In this document: positions 43,008-55,525 of the stretch, piece by piece
How the letters are laid out: each line of letters starts with the position of its first letter
Numbering within the stretch: the first letter of the stretch is position 1
NCBI GenBank assembly: GCA_964016885.1
Contig: OZ024742.1
Coordinates: 57,040,001-57,104,000 of the forward strand
Length of the DNA stretch: 64,000 nucleotides
Source: Eledone cirrhosa
Taxonomy: Eukaryota
Direction of reading: 5' to 3'
Made by a program: the position numbers and the translations under genes
Notes under the pieces: model-generated
The model's database searches: none
Told to the model about the DNA's origin: nothing
What the model saw: only the letters and a program-made list of their open reading frames with translations

Positions 43008-44010
43008 ACATGAGTTTATTCTATTAGCCTAGTCAAGGCTAATAGAATAAACTCATGGTATGATAGCAATAAATACCAGAGTGTAATGTTCATCGATACA
43101 ACCCCTAGAGGTGGATTAGCTTACAAATTTAGAAGGGCCCTAAATAAACATAAACTCAATATTAAGATAGTAGAAAGACCAGGTACCTCCGTAAAAACAC
43201 TTATTAGCAAGACATACCCTTTTCAAAGACCCTCATGTATAGATAAGAAATGTATAACCTGTAAAATAAGCCCCCATATTAACTGTAAAACTAGAAATGT
43301 AGTGTATAGCATAAGATGTACTGAAGAACAATGTAGAGACAAAAATATAGTGTACATAGGTGAGACAGCTCGTAGTGTAGGGGAACGGATAAATGAACAC
43401 TGGCGAGACCTTCAAGATAGTAAAGAATCATCTGTACTCTACCAACATGCTAAAATAGAACACAAGGGTAAATTAGAGAACATAGAAATAAAAATAGAAT
43501 CTACACACAGAAAAGATGCAATGTTTAGACAAATTACAGAGGCAGTAAACATAAAAGAATTACAACCAAAATTAAATAGAAAATATGAGTGGAACAGCAA
43601 CATTACAACTTACAATTAAGGACAAAATGAAAACACACACACACATAGAACAAACAACCAACCAGTAACATGTAAATAAACAAATAAATAAATGAACATA
43701 AACACACAGAGACACCCGGATGTGGCGCATGCGTAGACTGAGCACACAACACACACACAGAAACAAAATGTCGTAGGACAGAACAAAGGTGAGGCACAGA
43801 AACAAAGAAAGGAATCCCCAGTCACTGAAGAGGTCACAGAGTGTGTGACGAAAGAACTATAAACAACTATCAGGTTGTGGAACCAACCAACCAACCAGAA
43901 ATTTATAAATTTATAAATTTATTATAAATTTATTATAATAAATTGAAGTGAAAGCTACTGGTGCGTGTGTTTCTTATTGGCAACATGACCCTCCCAAAGT
44001 ATAACAATAT
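43008..44010 (+). mobile_element. PLE family B1 3' part (GIY-YIG ORF 43086-43619 plus 3' region) with a 22-bp 5' inversion hairpin
   Basis: NCKTRNVVYSIRC...VYIGETARSVGERINEH. catgagtttattctattagcct / aggctaatagaataaactcatg at the 5' junction. Confidence 0.9.
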
Positions 44011-44029
44011 ATATGTATATATATATGTA

Positions 44030-44603
44030 TACAACAACACCCAAACAAACAACACTGACCTAAGAGAAGTATAAATAAGTAAATAAAATAAAATAAAATA
44101 AGATAAATAAATACATACACAAGCACAATAACAACAAGCACATAAACACACACTAGTCACCCAGCAGACACAACACTATACACACTAGTCACACAGCACA
44201 CATAACACTATACACACACGCAAACGCATGCGCAAAGAAGACAAAATAAAATAAGATAAACAAACAAGCAAATAAATAAATAAATATATAGACAGACTGA
44301 ATAAAAAATGGCGTAGACATACAACACAACAGGAGGAACAAAGAATATAACACCACTGACGATGTTGCAGATGTGCAACGAAAGATTTATGTAAATTATG
44401 TAAACTATATATATGTGTTTGTGTCTATATTGTATCTGTATTATTTTTGACCGTCGGTCAGTCAATGGCAACATTGAGCACCGAGTAAGTTAGATCGCAG
44501 ATATAAAAGACAGCGAGAAGCGAAAACCAACCAAACAGTGAGTGTGTTCTGTTATTAATTCTGGCAATATTACGCAGATATGACCCTCCCCAAGTATAAC
44601 AAT
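44030..44603 (+). mobile_element. PLE family B2 3' region (solo pLTR-like fragment)
   Basis: Reverse-complement homology to 31550-32100, starting at the last ORF codons NNTQTNN.DLREV*. Confidence 0.85.
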
Positions 44604-44642
44604 ATATGTATATGTATGTATATATATATATATATATATATA

Positions 44643-44736
<94 letters not shown>

Positions 44737-44760
44737 AGTATATATATATATATATATATA

Positions 44761-44832
<72 letters not shown>

Positions 44833-44835
<3 letters not shown>

Positions 44836-45095
44836 ACTACTGACCAGCAAGCCCACGACGAACGAAATTGGTCTGAAAATGAAATTGACCTCTTAATAAA
44901 CACATGGTTTTCTCTGTCACAAACATCAAACATTAACGCGTCATGTCTAAATGAAATTGCTGAAAAAACAGCCCAAATATTTACTACGAGATCTGCTAAG
45001 CAGATATACAACAAACTAAATTACGTCGAAGTCTCTTTCAAACTAATTCAAAACCATTTTGAAAAACTTCGACATATTTACTCTAATGGACAAAC

Positions 45096-45176
<81 letters not shown>

Positions 45177-47452
45177 GATAGAAAGCCAGGACCAACCACT
45201 ACTGAATTCAAGCATAATCGCTGAACTACTAAATGACAGTATCACTCAGCCATCATTATCGCCATCACCATCACCACCGTCACCATCTCCTGCCACACCT
45301 ACACCCTCGGCCACACCAACTGCTAGTAATGGACCACTGCTCTCCCTCCCACCACAGTTGTCATCATCATCATCACCACCAATGCTTTCTTCCCCCACAT
45401 CACCACCACAGCCATGCCATAGTCAAAAGAACTATAAAAAAAAGTTCTATGGAGCTTTATCACCTCCCACTACACATACTAGAAGCCCCCAAATATGCCG
45501 CTACTCACTACGTCAGAGGCTATGCACACGTAGCGACATTTACCGGGTACTAGGCGCACTAACACTGCCAGCCATCACCAAAGCACGCTGCCTGCACGTA
45601 TAGGTCGCAGTCCCAAAATCTGCCATCATTCCCAACGTGAGAGGCTATGTCTGCTGACTGACTGTCCCTTCACTCATCTTCCTGGGACACAACGCACGAA
45701 CAGAAAAGGGCCTTCATGCCAACCCACAAACCACAATAAAGCCACCTCCTGCTGAGGTAATGCTGCTCCAGTCCCCTCACAAAGACATGATTACAACAAC
45801 AAAAGTAATGCTGATCCAGTCTTGTCACAAAGACACGATCACAACAACAACAAATACAACAACAATAAAAATAACGGTACTCCAGTCTTTTCACAAAGAT
45901 ACGATTACAACAAATACAACAACAACAACAAAATAGGGAACTGCAACCCTATCCAATGTTGTAACCACAAATCTAATCAAAAACTGCTCCCTGAACAAAA
46001 AAAAATCTTTCTTTTTTAGCCATGAACCTGGCAAAAGAGATAGAGAAAAACATTTCAGCCATCACCCAACACCAACCTTGCTGTCACTAACACACAATCA
46101 CAAAACACGCCCCCTGCAACAGTCAAAACCAGCCACCACACTAGCCTCCACATTCTTACTCAATACACAAGGTATCAGCCCATCCATCAATGCACAGAAA
46201 TGGAAGATCCAATTCATTGAGGATTGAGTTGCTAACCATCCATTTCACATCCCCTTCTTCATTCTTACTGAGACCCACCTTGACAACTCCCGCTTGGAGG
46301 CCGAAGTAAGAGTGAGAAATTTCACAACCATCCGTGCGGATCGTGTTGGCAGAAGGAAGGGTGGAACTGCCATTTTCCTGCATGATTCCTTTACGGCAGA
46401 TGGCAACACAACATTCTCTAATGGATACTGTGAATCAGTCACTGTGCACAATAAAGCCAATGACCTGACATTAGTTGGGCTCTATCGACTGCCACAAACA
46501 CCCATAATCTGTTTCAAAGAATGCCTCAACAGTATTAAATGCTTTATCAAACAGTGCCATTCTAGCAACATACTTTTGATGGGAGACTTTAATCTACCCT
46601 GTGTCGATTGGTCTACATGTAGTTTGAAACCAGGCTCCACAGCCTCAACCACTGACAAAGAGACTGTCGAGTCACTTCTTGACTTCATGAATGAGTTTTT
46701 CTTGTCACAACTTGTCCTTGCACCAACGAGGCATCAGAAGAACATTCTGGATCTAGTGTTTAGTAACCACACTAACACTATACATAATATTACAGTGGAA
46801 AAAACCCTTCTCTCAGACCATGACATGGTTCTTTGTAACCTGAGATTCCACCAGCCGAAAGCTAATCCCAGGGTCCTCTCTCCAACCCACCCATTTGATA
46901 ACATGGATCTCTACAATTATGAACGAACTATCACATGTCGACTGGTCTTTAACACACGCACACATTTCTACCAACATCAAAACATTTTGGCAGATCTTTG
47001 TAGACACTGTCACAAATATATGTACAAAACACACCCCACCAAAACCTGTCAAAAAAACCAAGTGCAGTATCCCCCAAAACAGAAAAACAATTATCAGAAA
47101 AATCAAAAGAACAAACAAAAAAATTAACACACTAAAATACTGCCAACAGCAACACACACATTCGATGGCTATCACCCTGCTTGAATCAAAAAAATACAAC
47201 CTCCAGCAATGCATGATGACCATCATCAATAACCAGAGAATAGCTGAAGAAGAGAGGTGGGCCATTGAGAAAATAAAACTCAACCCCAAAGTGTTCTTCT
47301 CATTCGCTAAAAAACACAAGGTCACCGTCTCCACTGTTGGCCCCCTAGTTGATGAAAATGGCACACTCCAGGACAATGCCAAAACCATGGGCGAGATACT
47401 ACAGAAACAATACTGCTCTGTTTTCAGCAACCCTGATATGGCCGATCTGGGC
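44833..47452 (+). mobile_element. CR1-group LINE 5' half: ORF1 (Myb/SANT-like, polyQ, Pro/Ser-rich, CCCH fingers) and frameshifted ORF2 endonuclease, truncated by a PLE fragment
   Basis: ORF 44833-45603; PKICHHSQRERLCLLTDCPFTH at about 45613-45678; ILNTQG, ILTETHL, DRVGRRKGGTA, MGDFN, LDLVFSN, LSDHD. Closely related to the 55602-58298 ORF. Confidence 0.88.
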
Positions 47453-49882
47453 ATATTTTCACCGACCATTCCACATATTACAATGAGGCTCTTGCTCAGA
47501 GTGGATTTGTCGATAAGTTAGCATATACGGAGTATGAGAATTAACCTAGGAAAAATAGATCCCGACGCATTATATGGTATAACCCACCATATAATATGGA
47601 GGTGGCCACACCATTAGCTAAGATCTTTCTCTCCCTTATTATGAAGCATTTCCCCCCCAGCACATAAATATATTAAAATTTTTAATAGAAATACCATTAA
47701 AATTTCTTACTCTACGACTCCTAACCTTGCACATAGCATCACTGCTTCAAATTTAGCTAAATTACCTAGCCGTAGGAACACGCGCAGTACTAACTGTAAT
47801 TGTAGGAATCGGATTGACTGCCCCTATCCGGGAAATGCCTCTAGTAACATTGTCTACAAATGTAAGGTTGAAACACCCACGTCCCGTAGGGCCTACATAG
47901 GGTTAACTGCCAATAGATTCAAGCAGCGTCTTTACTTGCATACCCATTCTTTTCTTAACCCTTTAAGAAGGAATATGACGTCACTTTGAGCTTATATCTG
48001 GAGTCTAAAAGACAACCACACCCAATATAAGTTACACTGGGAGATCCTAGCTAGGGCTAGATCGTATAACGAAAATAAACGACCATGTGACCTCTGCGCC
48101 GCTGAAGCCCTGGAAATACTCTACGACAAAGACGACATCTTAAACAAAAAATGTATACGGATGCGTGCATGTATATATTTAACTGTTGTTGATTATCGAC
48201 AAATCCACTCTGAGCAAGAGCCTCATTGTAATATGGTCGGTGAAAATATTCCCGTTTGTAGATAGACGGGAAAGCCTCAAAGAAACGTTTCTTACCAGGT
48301 TCTTGGTTATGCTGGCAGGATGGTTAGAATGCTTACTTATGTAATTAAGCCTATCATTCGGCTTTATATATGGGTAGTGCAAGCCATTCGACAAATTGAG
48401 GGTAACGTCGAGGTAATTAACTACCGAGAGATTGGCCTCAACCTGTATGGAGAGGTTGAAGCCTTTAAAGAAGGTTGTGAGTTCTTTTCTGAACCTGTCG
48501 CGAGCGCGTGGGCCGCATCTTGTCATGGTCAAAAGACCGTCACCACGGTATAAACCACCACCCACATTGGGGAAATCTTCCTTGATAGAGGAAAGAAGGA
48601 AAAGGCCGATACGATCAGTAACCTCCGCAGAATCGCTGCGCCCATACTCACGTCGAATGGGGTACTATTAGATTTTTTTATCTAAATAGAGTCGTCGAAA
48701 ATAATCACCGACTTACGGGCACTGAGGATGACATCAACTTCGAAATCCTTAACCACTGTGAGTGTTTTAGCGAAATTGATAGCTCTAAGAAGAAGTGGTA
48801 AAGTGATGGAGGAGTAGTAATTATTGATGTCGAATTGGATAAAACGGCAATGTTCTTTGTTGCATATGCCGTTGAACCAATCAATCACCGCGAAAGAATT
48901 GTTCTACAGTGCAAGATGGGCCAAACTTCTAATTTCAGGTATAATTCTATCTAAAATCCTTTTACTAATTCTACCTAAATCGGACTTCGTAGGATTAATA
49001 AGCCGAATAGAGGGGTTGTTCGAGAAATTGGATTTGTGATCCTTCAGGGTAAAGTCGGAAGAAATAGGGCCCAGAGGTTCAGTCCGCTCCGAGATCAGAG
49101 GTGATTTTAAACCCAGCATCGTTGATGTCATTAATGATGCTCCGATTAGTTTTACGGTAATCCTTAGTTACAGCATTATGTAGCAGTTTATGGTAAGTAC
49201 TGCGCTCCACTTGATATAGATTGCCAGTTTTGTCGGGGTGGACGTGCATGGCATTAGAATCCTTAATAGAACGAATTCTATTCTTCAGGTCATGCTGGAA
49301 GGAATTGCTCCTATTCCGAAATTTGATACTCCGTATGAGTTAAGACATCATTTTCGAAGAGTAGCAAGGCTGGGTTACTCGGAGGGTTATTATAGGTTTT
49401 AAACCCAAATTTATCCTGTTTGTTATCCGCTTTTCCCTGATTATCGAAGTAAAAGGCACGCCAACGCAACCTTTTAATGAACGCGTCTGTTTTCTGTATC
49501 AGGAGTTTTAGGTATGTTTTCCTGCTTGGTACGGGTATGTTCTTTGTAGAAATATTCAGATGTTGTTTCTGCATGATGAAAATAAGTCAATAGAGTACTC
49601 AACCGAGGGAGCCAAATAGTAATAATAATAAATTTGAAGACTAAAATGCAAAGAGGGCTCCATAAGGATAAATATATATCAAATATATAAGAACCGTAGA
49701 GCAAAAATGTGTTGTATACGTCCGTATGTGCGCGGGTACAGGCGGTGCGTGAGTTCTGTATGTGTGTGCGTGGCCTTTTGTGTATGTGCTTGTATTTGCA
49801 TACCCATGGTGGGTGTTTTCGCGTATGCATGTGTATGTACGTATACGGATGCGTGCATGTATATATTTAACTGTTGTTGATT
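47453..49882 (-). mobile_element. Rearranged PLE family C (Naiad-like): N-terminus and RT on minus (48194-49574), linker and GIY-YIG on plus (47453-48150)
   Basis: STKNIPVPSRKTYLK..FIKRLRWRAF, TLKDHK..RLINPTKS, FIQFDINNYYSSI, GLYRGDGL, SNHP on minus; [26 protein letters not shown] on plus. Many frameshifts. Confidence 0.88.
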
Positions 49883-50386
49883 TCAATTACCTCTGTAATT
49901 TATTTATTTACATTATTCTTAACTCTGAAGCCGATTATCATTTGGTTTCCTAAATAGAATTTTTGTCTACGACTTCAGTTATACCATAAAAGTGGTTTTG
50001 TCTTTGCGTGTAATTGTTCTTCCTGTTCCACATAATGACGTATTATCTTCGTTTTTTCCGTTCATTGCCAGATAACGTCTCCACGAACCACCTAATAGAA
50101 TATTAGTCTACGACTTCATGTTTACCATAAATGTGGTTTTGTCTTTGCGTGTATTTGTTTTCACCGCTCCTAATTATGACGTATTATCTTCATTTTTTCC
50201 CGTTCTTTGCCAGGGAACGCTTCCACGAACCAAAGTATTGTCTTCCTGTCTTCCTTCGGTTGCAACGTTTTTCGAAATATTTACTTCTGCGTTCACAGAT
50301 TGATATTTTTAGTTTCAGAAGATCCCGTTAAGGGTGAAAGCAGCGACTCTTTGCTTAAACTTTAATCTGTTATTTTTTAATAAATA

Positions 50387-50477
50387 TTTGCTCTATGGTT
50401 TTTATATATTTGATATATATTTATCCTTATCGAGCGCTCTTTGGATTTTAGTCTTCAAATTTATTATTATTACTATA
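50387..50477 (+). repeat. Inverted copy of part of the family C 5'/pLTR region (49614-49705)
   Basis: tttgctctatggtttttatatatttgatatatatttatccttat...ttttagtcttcaaatttattattattactat is the reverse complement of 49614-49705. Confidence 0.75.
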
Positions 50478-50503
50478 TATATAACTTTAATCTGTTATTT
50501 TAA

Positions 50504-50544
<41 letters not shown>

Positions 50545-50546
<2 letters not shown>

Positions 50547-50724
50547 CTAGAAAGACCAATGGAAACATTGTTTCCTCGGTCCGATTTGACGAGCTCCACC
50601 CCACTCGATAAGTGAACGAGGTCGATCGACTGTTATCATATATATATATATATATATATCGGACCGAGGAAACAATGTTTCCATTGGTCTTTCTAGTTGC
50701 GTATACTATCTACCAGTCGCAAAT

Positions 50725-50726
<2 letters not shown>
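50545..50726. repeat. Small fold-back insertion in (TA)n: 41-bp inverted arms 50545-50585 and 50658-50698 plus a 28-bp tail
   Basis: aactagaaagaccaatggaaacattgtttcctcggtccgat is mirrored exactly. Confidence 0.8.
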
Positions 50727-50770
<44 letters not shown>

Positions 50771-50778
<8 letters not shown>

Positions 50779-51175
50779 AGAACAAAAGATTGTTAAAAGA
50801 GTTCCATCTATTTTATTATGCGCATTTCAAAAACAAATATCATCATGCAATAATATTTGTGTTTTCATCAGATAAAACAGGAAGACATGATATGAAGGTT
50901 TAAAAACACTTGTGGATAGTTCAGTTTTAAATCAACATATCATATATGTTGATTTAAAACTGAACTATCCACAAGTGTTTTTAAACCTTCATATCATGTC
51001 TTCCTGTTTTATCTGATGAAAACACAAATATTATTGCATGATGATATTTATTTTTGAAATGCGCATAATAAAATACATGGAACTCTTTTAACCATCTTTT
51101 GTTCTTATATATTGTGTATACTCCAGTCCTACAAACTGTAGAGTGCTTTATTGTACTACAATAAAACTCACCTCC

Positions 51176-51180
<5 letters not shown>
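50771..51180. mobile_element. Palindromic HHR-bearing element: 170-bp arms centred at 50942 plus a 65-bp tail
   Basis: 50771-50940 mirrors 50944-51113 with a few mismatches. (TA)n on both sides. Confidence 0.85.
51005..51075 (+). ncRNA. Type I hammerhead ribozyme (mirror copy 50809-50879 on -)
   Basis: tgttttat CTGATGA [36-nt AT-rich stem II] GAAA tgcgca TA ataaaata. 8-bp stem I, palindromic ATGCGCAT stem III. Confidence 0.82.
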
Positions 51181-51274
<94 letters not shown>

Positions 51275-52187
51275 GACATCACATTAGTTTCAGTATATGA
51301 AGATGGATGACAGATTTATTAAATTTTTTCATTTAAAAACTTCAAAACATTTTGTTATGGTTATTCTTTTACCTATCCAAATAACTTTACGGTTATTTAT
51401 TTATTTATTTGTTTGTTTTTATCACAATTAATGAAAGATATCTTCGTTTGAAACAGTTTCCAAGATGCCTTTGGGAAATTCATTACATGTCTTTAGATCG
51501 AGAACGACAGGGGATTTTCTGACTTAACAAAACAAATACTACATAGATAATTTGTATCCAAATACACCGGTTCTTTTGGTTTCTATAGCTCTACTGTCAC
51601 TGAAATATCTATCTTTCGCCAATATATTATCCCTGAAAGATACACATGTGTCTTATTTTGATTTTTTTATATTTTCTTCCGCTTACTGTGTTGTTCTCTA
51701 CCCTTCCATACACCTACATTCAGGTGGATGGAGAAGTTTCCTATCCACTGATATTCTTAGACAAGTGATCCCGCCTGTGAAAGTTTGAAATCATAAACAT
51801 ATATTTCCGTTTGGCGGGTGAGGATTGGCGATTCTGTTGTACCTGCCCTTTGCTTTCGTTGATGTTGTTTTCTTATTTCTTTGGTTACAAACGCACGCAC
51901 ATACACGTGTGTGTGCGTACGCATTTGTTTGTTATATTTTGTTATTTGTATTATTATTTCTATTCCATTGTAGCGTGTTTTGACTTTAGTACTTATGTAC
52001 GTTTTTAACTGAGTATTTTTATGGGATAAACTCTATAGTAGTTTAGGTTTGGAGTTAAGTCATTTAATTTTATGAAATTAATAGTTATATTATATATCTT
52101 GATAGTTATATATATATTAATAGTTATATTATATATATATATAGTCTCGTATATACATTTATTATAGGATGATATACACACATATAA

Positions 52188-52284
<97 letters not shown>

Positions 52285-52460
52285 GAGAAAAAGAAAGATA
52301 GACAGGGAAGTACTAAGAAATGTGGATAGTTTTCTAGGAAAGAGACAAAAAAATAAAATATTATTAAATTCTACCATAAAGAAGTTGATTAAATTGACGC
52401 CAGTCAATATACGTATGCTGTTTATATTTATTTAGTTTATATGTGAATTTTATGTATATA

Positions 52461-52567
<107 letters not shown>

Positions 52568-53434
52568 TAATGTGTATGTAGTGGGATTATCTGTAGTGTA
52601 TGCATGAGTGGTGTGTGCATACATGTTTTGAATGTATTTAAATGGTGTAAATATATGTATAGTGTATGTGGGAATGCTATATGTCCATATATATATATTG
52701 TGTATGTGTCTGTATGTTATGTATGTGTGTATGTGTGAATGAATGAAGGAATATATATTTACATACAAGTACAAAAGCTGGCTTTACGGTGATAAATTTT
52801 AAACTTATTGGAGATTTAATCGTTTAAATCTTACTCCAGTTCATTGAATAAGACAAATATTGAAAACGAAAGAAATAATAAAATGGCAATTAACTACAAA
52901 GGATCTTTTTTATCTATATTATTGGTGCTTTTATCGTTTAGATCGATTCTTTAAATTCTTTTCTACGTTATCAAACTACATATTATATTCCAAGACGTTT
53001 CTATTGCGCTAGATTTAGCACTGAAGCTAACCAAGCATGTTCTTTTTCAGAGGCTTTCTGTAACACCAACTTTGGCCAAGAAAGACATCAAAAAGTTAAA
53101 ATTAAAAACAAAAAAAAAAAAAAATGGAGAAAATTTAAATAAAATTAGACCAAATGATCTGGAGGTGGCTAACTAATAAGTAGGGAGAACTTGTATTAAA
53201 ACTAATCACCGTTGACTAATAACTACAAGGAACTTGTACTAAGTCTAATCACCGTTGACTAACTTGTCCATCACTAATGATACTTGTGCATCGAAGCAGA
53301 CGACACTAATAATAATCGATAACCACACAGCACCAACCAGAACGAAGTAAACAACTAAAAGTCAGTAGAATCGATCTGCCAGTGCTTGTCTACCTACCTA
53401 CGTGTGTGTATCTGCGCGGGTTTTTGTGCGTCGT

Positions 53435-53500
<66 letters not shown>

Positions 53501-53651
53501 ACTGTATGTATGGGTATTTGCACCTAATAATCTATGTATACGTACAATGTCCTTTCTCCTAAGCGATTATTATATCCATATGCGAGATTCGCACGCTCTC
53601 CTGATAAATTAATGAATGTATGAATGTATGTATGTGTTATGTATATATATA

Positions 53652-53683
<32 letters not shown>

Positions 53684-53685
53684 AA

Positions 53686-53723
<38 letters not shown>

Positions 53724-53820
53724 GTAAACGTATATATACATATATATATACCTATATTTACATATATATATACGTATAGTTACGTATATCCACACATACA
53801 GACACACACACGCGCATATC

Positions 53821-53872
<52 letters not shown>

Positions 53873-54770
53873 TATACATATATATATATATATGGGAGGT
53901 GTGTATGCATGTATATTGAAACGTGTGTGTTTGTGAGTTCAGGTATCTGAAATTGTGCATAAATAAATGTGTTTAATCTTTCTATAACGTGTATGATACT
54001 AAACGTTGTTGATGTTTGTACTTCGCCAAAGTGACAATTAGCTGAGAAGAAGCAAGAAATATATGTTAATGTGCCAAATATATAGCTACTTTAACAACTC
54101 GAAATATAGTAAAAAGGAACTGTTAAAATTCATCTTTACCTTAATCAGGCTTTAATTGAATGGGACAGTCATACCGTTAAGCCAAGGCAATGTTATTACT
54201 GTTCATAATAGAGAAACTGATGGAGATAGTAAAACAGAGTTGGGTAATTTGTGTTAGATGGTTTAACACATTCGGTTTTTCACTGGAATCTCTTTGGATT
54301 CAATCTCGCTCCCTTTCTTTCCTCATTCCAGTAGTTATAATGTCAGTTTCCTTTTTGTCCCTTTCCATCTATCTTGTCGTTTCCCATATTCTAGTAGCTA
54401 TAATATTTTATTGCTAATGATGGAGTTTCTACGCCTCTCTCACTTGATCTGTTTTATGCAGAGCCTTCCAGTAGCTTGAAGAAATGAATAGTATACACTT
54501 TAAGTATTCAATCTGAGGACAGTATGTCCGTAATGAAAAACGGTTGATGTGAGATTAAGGCTAAACAAATCGACAGATCATGTCATCTCCCATCACAGTA
54601 ATAGCAGAATTGTAGACCGCTTCTTAGTGAGCAACACACTTCTATACATATAGAGTTGCGTTATCTGAGTGGTGTTCTCCCGGCAATCATCTCAGAAATA
54701 TGTGTATGCATATATATGTATGTATATATATACATATATATATACATATATATATATATACATATATATA

Positions 54771-55135
54771 TATACTATACATACATTCATGTATACATCG
54801 CTATTTCAGAGCACCAATCCTAATACCTAATTTTTACTGGGCCGGCAATCGCTCTGTATAATAAGCTCCTGATTATTACTGGAATTCTATAAGAATCCAG
54901 CTTCTATAATTTCCGGCGGAAGTAGGGGGTCCGTGGCTCTGATGATCACCAAAGAGCGTGAAACAGACCGTCAGCTTCTCTCCCTTCGTTCGCCGAAAAG
55001 AAGTAAGTGACATAATGACTACTTTAAAACCGATAGCGTATGGTCTTCAAACTGTTTTTAATTAAACATACGGTATATTGCCAAATATACTATATATACA
55101 TTCATGTATACATCGCTATTTCAAAGCACCAATCC
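54771..55135 (+). mobile_element. 315-bp monomer plus about 50-bp terminal direct repeat; diverged relative of the 310-bp retrozyme, HHR at about 54935-54975
   Basis: gtatacatcgctatttca recurs at 54791 and 55106. Motif ggct CTGATGA tcaccaaagagcgt GAAA cagaccg TC agct. Shares tcgctatttcagagca, ccggcaa.cgctct and ggtcttcaaa with the 310-bp unit. Confidence 0.82.
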
Positions 55136-55148
55136 ATATATATATATA

Positions 55149-55237
<89 letters not shown>

Positions 55238-55241
<4 letters not shown>

Positions 55242-55431
55242 AGAAAGTATGACCCCGACGGCGGAACTCAAGCCGTTTCGACGGCTATTTCTAGACTAAA
55301 GAAATAGCCGTCGAAACGGCTTGAGCTCCGCCGTCGGGGTCATACTTTCTTCTATCACCCACTCTACTACCCTAAGTATTGAGTACTCTGGTGCGTTATG
55401 GTCCATCTGGTTCCTTACTACAACTCCTTCG

Positions 55432-55434
<3 letters not shown>
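55238..55434. mobile_element. 200-bp fold-back element in (TA)n (homologue of 31082-31285)
   Basis: Arms centred on gacggctatttct-agactaa-agaaatagccgtc; tail acccactctactacc...ccttcgtta. Confidence 0.8.

Positions 55435-55524
<90 letters not shown>

Positions 55525-55525
<1 letters not shown>

Noticed and set aside
47985-47992. In-frame TGA as selenocysteine (reported for some Naiad PLEs)
   Set aside because: It falls at a Ser-like position (TSL*AYIW) in a heavily mutated copy, and the Cys motifs use normal codons.
51540-51780. Possible minus-strand host exons (tttcag and ttcacag acceptors, gtaag donor)
   Set aside because: Stops in all frames of the upstream piece, an intron of only about 50 nt, and no recognisable protein.
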